A stretch of 64,000 nt of DNA from NCBI RefSeq assembly GCF_036588685.1, contig NC_086373.1, positions 73,842,001-73,906,000 of the forward strand. The letters are read 5' to 3'. Position 1 is the stretch's first letter; every line of letters begins with the position of its first letter. Positions 13,334 through 24,093 of this stretch are shown in pieces. Position numbers and translations under genes: made by a program. Source of the stretch: Mytilus trossulus. Its lineage: Eukaryota. The notes under the pieces are model-generated. The model searched no databases. It was given only the letters and a program-made list of their open reading frames with translations, and was not told the DNA's origin.

Positions 13334-13905
13334 TTTCCACACATATATCAAAGGGATATGAGAAAGCAATTGGCCATATAGGCCTAATATTTCATTTTTG
13401 GTATTTCTATTTGTACCCCTTACTTTTTTGTAACTTTTTTTTATCAAATACAGCCTAGAGTGACAATAATGTGTTGTGGGCTGTTTCCTTGTGAACTATC
13501 ACATTTATGATCCTGCGCTGCTTGTTGGTCTAGTATATTAGGGTTAATATATTGATATCCCATTAACATGTTCTAGGTGTGTCAATATGCATACTATTTA
13601 TTACTGGAAGTGAAACATCAAATTCAATTACCTTTGGTAACCCCAAGATTTTATTGACATCAATTTATACCCTAGACTTTTTTATGACATAATATTTTTA
13701 TACCCTTTTCATTTGGATAGCTTACTATCTATTCCCACCCCTACATATTTATGGACATTATTTACAGTATTTTCACCTCCCAACATTTTTATGACATAAT
13801 CGAATTGGTTTTAAGATTTATACATATCTTGTTATATTTCAATCTTCCTTTAAAGATATTAAGACTTGTAAATCGATTTCATCATAAGGAGCTTTAATAA
13901 CATTT

Positions 13906-13958
13906 TTATACGACCGCAAATTTTGAAAAAATTTTCGTCGTATATTGCTATCACGTTG

Positions 13959-13993
<35 letters not shown>

Positions 13994-15878
13994 CGAATAC
14001 TTTTAGTTTTCGCACTCTAACTTTAGTAAAAGTGAATAGAAATCTATGAAATTTTAACACAAGGTTTATGACCACAAAAGGAAGGTTGGTATTGATTTTG
14101 GGAGTTTTGGTCCCAACATTTTAGGAATTAGGGGCCAAAAAGGGCCCAAATAAGCATTTTCTTGGTTTTCGCACTATAACTTTAGTTAAAGTTAATAGAA
14201 ATCTATGAAATTTTGACACAAGGTTTATGACCACAAAAGAAAGGTTGGGATTGATTTTGGGAGTTTTGGTTTCAACAGTTTAGGAATTAGGGGCCAAAAA
14301 AGGGCCCAAATAAGCATTATTCTTGGTTTTCGCACAATAACTTTAGTTTAAGTTAATAGAAATCAATGAAATTTAAACACAATGTTTATGACCACAAAAG
14401 GAAGGTTGGTATTGATTTTGGGAGTTTAGGTCCCAACAGTTTAGGAATAAGGGGCCAAAAAGGGACCCAAATAAGCATTTTTCTTGGTTTTCGCACCATT
14501 ACTTTAGTATAAGTAAATAGAAATCTATGAAATTTAAACACAAGGTATATGACCATAAAAGGAAGGTTGGTATTGATTTTGGGAGTTTTGGTTCTAACAG
14601 TTTAGGAAAAAGGGGCCCAAAGGGTCCAAAATTAAACTTTGTTTGATTTCATCAAGAATTGAATAATTGGGGTTCTTTGATATGCGGAATCTAATTGTGT
14701 ATGTAGATTCTTAATTTTTGGTCCCATTTTCAAATTGGTCTACATTAAGGTCCAAAGGGTCCAAAATTAATTTGATTTTGACAAAAAATTAATCGGTTTG
14801 GTTCTTTGATATGCTGAATCTAAAAATGTATTTAGATTCTTGATTATTGGCCCAGTTTTCAAGTTGGTCCAAATCGGGGTCCAAAATTAAACATTGTTTG
14901 ATTTCATTAAAAATTGAATAAATGGGGTTCTTTGATATGCCAAATCTAACTGTGTATGTAGATTCTTCATTTTTGGTCCTGTTTTCAAATTGGTCTACAT
15001 TAAAGTCCAAAGGGTCCAAAATTAAACTTAGTTTGATTTTAACAAAAATTGAAATCTTGGGGTTCTTTGATATGCTGAATCCAAACATGTACTTAGATTT
15101 TTGATTATGGGCCCAGTTTTCAAGTTGGTCCCAATCAGGATCTAAAATATTATATTAAGTATTGTGCAATAGCAAGTCTTTTCAATTGCACAGTATTGCA
15201 CAATGGCAAGAAATATCTAATTGCACAATATTGTGAAATAGCAATATTTTTTTTTAATTAGAGTTATCTTTCTTTGTCCAGAATAGTAAGCAAGAAATAT
15301 CTAATTGCACAATATTGTGAAATAGCAATATTTTTTTTTAATTGGAGTTATCTTTCTTTGTCCAGAATCAACTCAAATCTTTGTTATATACAATGTATAT
15401 TCACTTTTTACTACCAACTGATAAATTAAAATAATCTTTACCATTCAGTGATAACAAGCAGTTTTTTTACATCTTAATATTTTATGATGTATTTAAATGA
15501 GTAGTTATTGTTGCAAACTCCATTAGAAATTTAATTGAGATTAATTTGGAATAAGGGAAAGGGGGATGTGATTAAAAAAATTGGGTTCTATTTTCTCATT
15601 TGAAATGAAATTTCATAAATAGAATGAAAATTTCTTCAAACATTTTTTTGAGAGGATTAATATTCAACAGCATAGTGAATTGCTCTAAGAGAAAACAAAA
15701 ATTTTAAGTTCATTAGAAAACATTCATTCTGTGTCAGAAACCTATGCTGTGTCAACTATTTAATCACAATCCAAATTTAGAGCTGAATCCAGCTTGAATG
15801 TTGTGTCCATACTTGCCCCAACCGTTCAGGGTTCAACCTCTGCGGTCGTATAAAGCTACGCCCTGCGGAGCATCTGGT
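13906..15878 (+). mobile_element. HINE family B, full length, with (GTC)n and two internal tandem arrays
   Basis: Subterminal inverted repeats TTATACGACCGCA / TGCGGTCGTATAA, long (GTC)n, four ~160-bp units (14011, 14170, 14331, 14492), alternating ~135/120-bp units, 3' imperfect hairpin and end CATCTGGT; collinear second copy at 32961. Confidence 0.88.
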
Positions 15879-16137
15879 AAATTATACTGTAGAAATATTG
15901 TATATTATGTTATGGTAATTATAAGATAAGATTAAAGGTAGGGATTGGTTGATGTAATACAGAGATCAAAACTTTAGAACAGTCTGTACAAGGTCAGCAA
16001 ACTATCTGCTTTTCCTGATAAATCAAGAAAATATGAGAATTGGGTCCTCAGAGTCAACTATAAATTAACACAGGTTTAATATCAAAATGAAAATAAAGAT
16101 TCATTTAGACAACTTTGACAATTGTTAATCAGGGCTC

Positions 16138-16520
16138 TGCCCAGCCAAATGGTGGACGCCCTTTAGTGATCAGTCTGTCTGTCAGTCAGTAACAAATTGT
16201 GTCTGCTCTATATGATAGAACTGCTCTGATTTCAAAGTTTATACTTGACATGTGAATTAACCAACACCAGAGGGTGTGTCCTAAGGTATGTAAAAATTCC
16301 TAGGTCAAATATCAAGGTCAAAACCTTTGGTTTCAGTTAACAACCCCTATGTTATAGATGGTGTCTGCTAGATATCTTGAGAACTGTTATGATTTTAAAG
16401 TTTATACTTGACATGTATAATAGCCAACACCAGAGTGTGTTTTAATGTTTGTACAACAACCTAGGTCAAAGATCAAAAACTTTGGTTCAGTTGACAACCC
16501 CATGTCCAATGGTAAACACA
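16138..16520 (+). mobile_element. Degenerate HINE-like fragment with (CTGT) tract and two ~165-bp units
   Basis: GTCTGTCTGTCAGTCAG followed by a duplicated GTGTCTGCT...AAAGTTTATACTTGACATGT...CCTAGGTCAAA block. Confidence 0.45.
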
Positions 16521-17842
16521 CATTATTCAAATCAGGGCCCATACAGATGACTCCCATTTCAATGATGTGAGATAAAATAAACATTTTAAAAAGAATATAA
16601 TTTCAATTTAACACTTTATCATTGGAGCAGACCAAGATTAAAAAAGGATGGGAAAAATGTGAACTTATCAAACAACCGTATAAGAAAGTTGTATGTTGTG
16701 TGTTCTTGTGGAAGACAAACAACCACTACATACTGTAAACACAATCAAATGTCACATGGGTATATAACTATGGTCACATGGGTATATAATTATTGTCACT
16801 TGTCTGACACTTCTGAAATCTTGTAAGAAAACCCATTCTGTTTTATAGTCTGATTCACAATTATGTTCTATCAAATGCAAACATTTGTTTAATCCATTGT
16901 TCAATGTTCAACAGTGGCTAGTCTCATTTCACAGTTGTTCTTTCTATCCTTGTGTCCACAGGACCTTCCTAATTGATTAACTGTTAGATATCGAAGAATC
17001 CTAAATGAAATTAAAATAATTGACACTGAAGTAAGAAAACAACTGAAAGTTACTTCTAGCAGTTCACAGAGAGATAGATTTATCCACCAGTCAGCAGATT
17101 TTAGAGTAATCTGAGTTAATAGTACTTCAGTACTTTGATTGTGTAGCTATACATTCTTAATATGGTTACTGCATATAAATACATAATATACATAATTTGA
17201 ATATTCAATTTTGGGATTGCCTTGATTTAAAAAATAACATGTAGCTTACCTCTCCTTGCAAATAGCATATGTCTAAAGAAAAATTGATGTCTTTTTCCAA
17301 ATCTTTATGTACTTTATTCAAATATATCACTTTTTAGCTCACCTGGCCTAAAGGACCAAGTGAGCTTTTCTCATTACTTGGCTTCCATCGTCGTCGTTAA
17401 CTTTTACAAAAATTTTATCCTCTGAAACTACTGCCAAATTTAACCAAACTTGGACACAATCATCATTGGTGTATCTCGTTTAAATAATTAGTCCGGTGAC
17501 CCAGCCAACCAACTAAGATGGCTGCCATGGCTAAAAATAGAGCATAGGGGAAAAATGTAGATTTTGGCTTATATCTCTGAAACCAATGCATTTAGAGCAA
17601 ATCTGATTTAGGTTTAATTTGTTGATCAGGTCAATATATCTGGCTTAAACTTTCAGATGAATCAGACAACCCATTGTTGGGTTGCTGCCACATAATTGGT
17701 AGTTTTAAGAAAATTTTGCTGTTTTTTGTTACTATCTTGTATATTATTGTAGATAGAGATAAACTGTAAACAAAAATAATGTACAGCCAAATAAGATCTA
17801 AAAATAAGTCAACATGAACAAAATGGTCCATTGACCCCTTAA

Positions 17843-20800
17843 AGACAAATCCCTCTATTGTTTATGCGCATATACAAGCGCAACAGTACTATGCCGTCAG
17901 CGTTTTATGACGTCGTATTTTCCGCGAACTCAAAACGTTAATGAGAGTTATTCCTCTTTGAGCCGATGGAGAGAGTGACAAACGTTCGTGTTGATAAGTA
18001 GATTTTCCGAGAAGGAAATAAACATTGTTTTATATAATAGACATGTTCCAGAATTGGAGATAACAATTAATTATGTGAATTAAGTGTATCTGAAACATTT
18101 AACCAATAAAACAGCAAATGATAAAATATATGAATAAAAAGAGAGTCAACTAAACAGCAAACTAACAACTGTCAATTAACAAAACAAAAATCTGGATACT
18201 CGACAACAAGATGGAGGGAGATAGATAGGACTTTTATCGGGACTCCAGGATCGGGTGTTTTTAAGCTCGGGATTTCGGGATCCGAGAATCTTTTTTAACT
18301 TTACTTTTTTTAAATTTGGGACCTCCGGGATTTCGAAATGGGTCAATCATATAATATAAAACTAAAATCCATAATTTGCTTCGTGTATGGACTTATCTGT
18401 TCTATAGAGACAATCTCTTTGGTAGCCTAGGTTGTAAATTGTATTCATATTTCCACAAATTATAAAGAAAGTACGAAAATCATCAATCAAAATTCAATGT
18501 ATCTATAGAATTAGAACCTTACGTACCTACAGTGGCGGATCCAGAAATTTTCATAAGTGGGGGCCCACTGACTGACCTAAGAGGGGGCCCGCTCCAGTCA
18601 CGCATCAGTGATTCCCTATATGAGCAACCAAATTTTTTCCCAAAAAGGGGGGGGGGGGGGGGGCGGGATCCCTGCCCCCCCTAAATAATAAATGAAAAAT
18701 TCTGAACTTATGTCGTTTCATTCACTTTTCAATTCTTTTACAAACACTAAGCTGGTCATGAAAAGAATGGAATGCTTGTCTCGGAACGTTAAACATCAAA
18801 CAATCAATTAAATCAAATGCAAACCAGAAACGCCGATTGTTGTCAGCAACATTATAAACTGATAATATTCTTTTTGAATGGCTAAGGGAGATAAATCGAA
18901 CGCATATATTCGACATATATGCAAACGAAACTCAACGTAAGAATACGTATCATTCAACAACCGAAAATAAATTGGAATATCGATGTTTTACCGCAAAAAT
19001 CAAATGCAACATTGCAAAAAGACTATGTAATTGTTAACTGTTGCATTTCAACACACTGCAATATCGGTGGACATGTGTCATGGATTTTATTATACAAAAT
19101 TACTGCTCCTTAATGATACGTTCGTCCAGTTTCGTCCGTTCGTTAGATGTTGAGAAACCTCTAATATTAAGCGAATACGGAATGAATAAGAACGGTATCA
19201 GTCGAGCATTGAAACGGGTAAGGAGCTTGTGAATAAGTAGTTGTCGTTAAAGTGTTACATATTTGTTTTTTATTTATTTACTTTTTGTTCATAAATTAAG
19301 CCGTTATTTTCTCGTTTGAATTTTTTTTCATTTGTCATTTCTGGACCTTTTATAGCTTTATATGCATTATGAGATTTGCTCTTTGTTGAAGGCCGTACGA
19401 TGACCTATTATAAATAGTTCCTGTGTCAATTGGTCTCTTGTGGAAATATGTATTATTTGCTATCATAAATTTATCTTTCAGAAAAATTATGCAAATAAAC
19501 GTCGTATACATTTTTTTTTATCTTCATGTTCTGTCAAATCTTTTGAGTATACGGATGAAACTCTGAAATCAGTTACTTATTAGAATACATTAAACTGACC
19601 ATGCGCAGATTTATTTTCATATCTACATAAAACATTTTGAATTGTAGATCGATTTATCTAAGCGTTTAAACTTAAACAAAGATCAGGGTTGCGTTCAATA
19701 TCGTAGTGGCTACATAGGGCTTCGTAGATTTATGACTATTGAACATGTAGCTAGCCTAGTTACTCGTTCATAAGATCAAAATCTATGTAGCATTACGTAA
19801 CCCGGTTCATAAAACTACATTTGGAAGTGGTATTTTTAAGTCCGATCTTTCTCATATTTGCAATATCGGCTCGTCGATCTTTATTGTTAGGAGTCTATTG
19901 ATTTTAAGTTATTATCATCAAAATAAAAAGGAACACCATTCTTAACCGCGAAATTAGAATTCATGATATTGAAAGCAAAGGTCTGTCTTGTCTTTCAGAT
20001 ATACTTTGACTGAACTATGAAATGATATAACAAATGTATTCACTATTCTAAGAAGAATTTCTGTTCAACACATAAGCACTATAAATAACCTGAATAGAAA
20101 TGTTGTTCATAGAAGCATAATCAATTCGCGTGTACATTTGTTCAATGCATTGTTTTCCAACCATCCACCACATTTACATTACGTGTAGACCTGTGAAACT
20201 GACTAAAAACTAAGTACGTCTATCACGTGTAAATTAATATGCATTAATAGTAGTTGAAAACAAACAAACAGCATAACAGCAAATAACGAGAACTGTGTTG
20301 TCCGTAATTGGTATCGGAAAAGTATAACGCCCAAAACTGGCGGAACGGCTTTCGACGTTATTTAAGAATTGGCGCAATGTATTCCCGCCATTTTAAATTG
20401 TTAACCCTTTTGTAGAAATATCTCTTTTTCCATGCCGGTGACCCCATCTCTTTATTTCATGATTTTATCTAGAAATAAACAACGCATATTCTGTTGAATA
20501 CTCATCGAGAAATTATTGGTCAATTTTTTTTAAACATCATTCTTTCATAGTTATTTCACAATAAATAAAGGCGGGAAAATTATTATAGCAACTTATCGCT
20601 ATTATTTTGCCCTCAGAAATTGGTAATATTATTAAAATAGTTTGTATTAACAATTTGGTTAACAGAACAAACAAGTTTTATGGGAAACCAACTTAAAAAA
20701 AAATATTTCACTGCTATTGACTAGAGGTCCCGATTTCCAAATTCCATGAAAAAGACGGCGTTCTAAATCGAAAACGAGGTCGGTGACCCCATTATTTTAT

Positions 20801-20889
20801 TTGCTTATTTTGAAGCTTTTACCTAACCTAAAGTAAATATAAAATATAAAGAAGATATTATTGGTAGATCTGAATAGAAGGATTCGTCT
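17843..20889. mobile_element. Non-autonomous TTAA-targeting DNA transposon, Kolobok-like
   Basis: TTAA duplicated at 17839-17842 and 20890-20893. 17-bp TIRs AGACAAATCCCTCTATT / AATAGAAGGATTCGTCT (2 mismatches). Purine (AG) termini favour Kolobok over piggyBac. No transposase ORF. Confidence 0.8.
18530..18683. mobile_element. Short GC-rich dispersed element nested in the Kolobok-like element
   Basis: Starts CAGTGGCGGATCCAG, contains GGGGGCCCACTGACTGAC and a ~17-nt G run; inverted relative at 29389-29545 and similar ends at 23949-24093. Confidence 0.6.
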
Positions 20890-22557
20890 TTAAGGAGTTA
20901 TTGCCCTTTATAGTCAATTAATTTTAACAATTTTCATAAATTTTGTAAATTTTTACAAAATATTTTCCACTGTTACTACTGGGCCAAGTTCTACAAACAC
21001 ATCACCATCACCAAAACATAATTTTGTTAAAAAAAACATATGTGTCCTTAGTTTAATATGCACATAGATCAAGGTGAGCGACACAGGCTCTTTAAAGCCT
21101 CTAGTTTGAAAATACCACTGCCAAAAAAACATGGCCATTAAGAACTTTTTGCTCCAGGAGGTTTAATATTGTAAAATACATAAAGACAAGATATTGCAAC
21201 CCCCTACCATACATGTATTTGTTTGATGTCTAAGTATGATTGTGCAACACCTTATGTCATCATTTTCCCACATTGTTACTCAACTTCATACATTATATTG
21301 CCTTAAAAGATTACTTTTGAACTTAATTGATTTTTCCTCAAGGAATTTGAAATAATGTACATTTCACTACTTTTAAATAGACTTTTGATTACACATTTTA
21401 AGTGAAACATATCATTGTCTAATTATACTAAAGAAACTTTTTCTTTTTAATTTAAAAATAACAGTGTTTTGATATTTACATTTTCAAGGATAATTATAGA
21501 GAAATAAATATAGTAATGTGATTTGAAAGGATGAAATGGAAAATATTATGGCAAGTGCTTTTGAAAACTACTGGGGTCTGCCATCCCAATATTTCACACA
21601 TAAATACCTCAAAGCATTATAAATATTAAATTTACTGCACATTTTTACATACTTACCCAATACAATTAAGGTTTAAGTACTGCTTAACCAAATAATTTTT
21701 GAAGTGATTGACAATAAATTCAAATATGTTAAGTTTTCATAAATTTGACTTTAATTATTCAATAGTAACATCTCTTTCTTACCTGAAGATTTTGTGATTT
21801 TATCTTTGATCTCAAGATGATCTTAATATACAGTCTACTTTAAGCTATTAAACTTAGAAAAGAGTGAACAATGACTAGGTAGTTGCAGATTACAGACTAT
21901 ATGAACAATCTGGAAAAAAAATGACCATCAAAAATGAACATGATATTTGGAAAAATTCTTTGATTGAGCTACATGTATTTCCAATGTGCACCAAACTTGA
22001 CCAGAATAGAATTTCAAGTATATAAATCATTTAGACAATCTATAAAGACTATTAACGGATGCACAAAAATGATTTCAATGCTTGAAAATTTGTCATTTTA
22101 TTATCCCCCACTATAGCTTACAGATTTGGTTATTTTAGTTGAACAAAAAATGTGAATATGTCCTCTAATTTAGACTGGTTAACATACCAGACACTTGATA
22201 ATTCAATTTCTTTTGAGTAATAATGTGACAATATACATAATGCATTATAAGGTTGTGCAACAGATTCAGCCTTATTATGTCTGACAATTCTTATGTAAAT
22301 GCCACTTCAAATTTTTACCAATATCAGTTTTGTCTTAAAGGGCAAACAGTACTGTATTTAAGTGAAGGAAGTAAAAAGTAATTTGATTGTAAAAGAACAT
22401 GCATCATGTTTGGATTATCCAAGTACATGGATTGATTTTGTATCTAGTAGTATACTCTGACAGCAGATAGAATAGTGCATACATTTAACAGTTGACAATA
22501 AGTACTATGTATATCCCTTATATACATATTTTATTTGTATTGTTAGGTTGCTTATAA

Positions 22558-23113
22558 TTATACTGCAATCAGCTATTTTACTGTACAGATAAAGCTATAC
22601 GTATAAACGTTAGCTTTATACGTCAATGACCCCAATTGACCTATAAGCCCCGCCTCCTTATTGTATTTCATCAACAACATCACGTCACGACCATGACAAC
22701 GTAAAGTAACAATGGTCAAACTTTTTTGAATTTAAACTTTTATGTCTTCAAATTGGTTATTTATATATCATGTTTATCAAATGCTATTAATTAAGTTCAT
22801 TTTCCCTTTATAATTCCTTAATACGCCATTGTCTTACCACCTGGACTACGCTCATAGGGAAATACCCCAAAATGGTACCCCAAGAGGGAAATTCCAAACA
22901 CTTTTTTTAACAATTTTTGTTACATGTTTTTTTCATTTTTCATTTTTTTTTCGATTTCAGTATAAAGACAATATACGTATAGTGTCTTGAAATATGAAAT
23001 TTATTTGTATTCGGCACGAAACGGAAAAATGCTCGGTAGAACCTCGCATTTTCCCGTTTCTAAGCCTCATACAAATAAATTTCATATTTCAAGACACTAT
23101 ACGTATATTGTCT
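22558..23113. mobile_element. Double-inverted-repeat hairpin element (possibly Crypton-type non-autonomous)
   Basis: TTATACTGCAATC (22558) pairs with GATTTCAGTATAA (22953), directly followed by a 148-bp hairpin (22966-23113) with ~45-bp perfect arms and CTCGGTAGAACCTC in the loop. Confidence 0.65.
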
Positions 23114-23948
23114 AAATGTATGTAGCGTACCCTTATCCTGTTCTGTTTCCCATGGTCTCTATATACTGGTAAGGCATTTCTATCAGTGATGGCTTTTCAG
23201 TATATATGTCATTTAAAATGAGATAGATGGTATCATTGAGAATTAGATATAGTCTTTTCATATCTGAGTAGCATTAGCCACAGATATAGGCCAACTTTAT
23301 ACAAAGCTCATACATAGAAGAAATAAATGATTATTTTACTTTTCTGTCATTCTAAAAAGAGCAATTAGTTTTGATATAACAGAAATAGTGTCATTATTTC
23401 AAACTTTCAGAAGTAGATGTTTGATAGATATATATGGATTTGGATTTTGAATGAAATCTTAATTGTGTCTATTTTACTGTCATCACGTTGAAACCTTATC
23501 ACTGCTTTTCTATGACAGTATGAATTGTTGTTCTATCTTGATTTATTTTAGTTTAATTGCCAAAGCATGAGTTTTTTGCTGATAAATGATAATACTCCTA
23601 TGTAAGCATACTAAGCAATGATACATGAGATCTACATTTTTATGGCATTGCTTCCTTAAGGAATCCTCCTATTTGAGAGAATCAATTAGTATGTTTCTCC
23701 AGATATCCATTTTAACATACTATCAAGCTTACTAATTGGCTTTTATAATGACAATCAGATGTCTTCATGTTTCTTGTCCATCTTAAATAGCAACATTAAA
23801 GGAAGAATGGTCATATGAGATTGTCTGAATCAATTCAAGGTTATAGAATTTACAACAGAATTGATGTACATATTTAGTTTATTTTTAAAGATTTTCACTT
23901 CATGTACCCACTTGTAAGTAAATCTCAGATGTCTAAAGATATTCAGTC

Positions 23949-24093
23949 AGTGGTGGATTTAGGGGTTGGACTGGACCCCCCCCCCTTTTTTTTTGGACGA
24001 TCAATGCATTTGAATGTGGACAAATGGTTAGAAACATAACCCCCCCTTTTCTCATCAAAACGCCTTCTTTTAAAAATAGCTGGATCCACCCCT
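23949..24093. mobile_element. Short GC-rich MITE-like element
   Basis: Ends CAGTGGTGGATTTAG / CTGGATCCACCCCT are imperfect inverted repeats; internal C runs. Confidence 0.5.

Larger units (their letters stand above)
17335..21105 (+). mobile_element. HINE family A, third copy, interrupted by a 3-kb DNA transposon
   Basis: 5' end TAGCTCACCTGGCC at 17335. The unit breaks at GACCCCTTAA (17842) and resumes at GGAGTTATTGCCC (20894); 3' AGGTGAGCGACACAGGCTC...CTAGT ends at 21105. Confidence 0.88.

Noticed and set aside
13839-14075. ORF with poly-Arg run
   Set aside because: Translation of the (GTC)n microsatellite of a HINE element.
17250-17272. Minus-strand micro-exon candidate (ctttag ... GAG|gtaagc)
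   Set aside because: An isolated 23-nt unit with no partner exons or recognisable peptide; such signals arise by chance.
17843-20889. piggyBac assignment for the TTAA element
   Set aside because: Termini begin AG rather than the CC(Y) typical of piggyBac, and no transposase is present.
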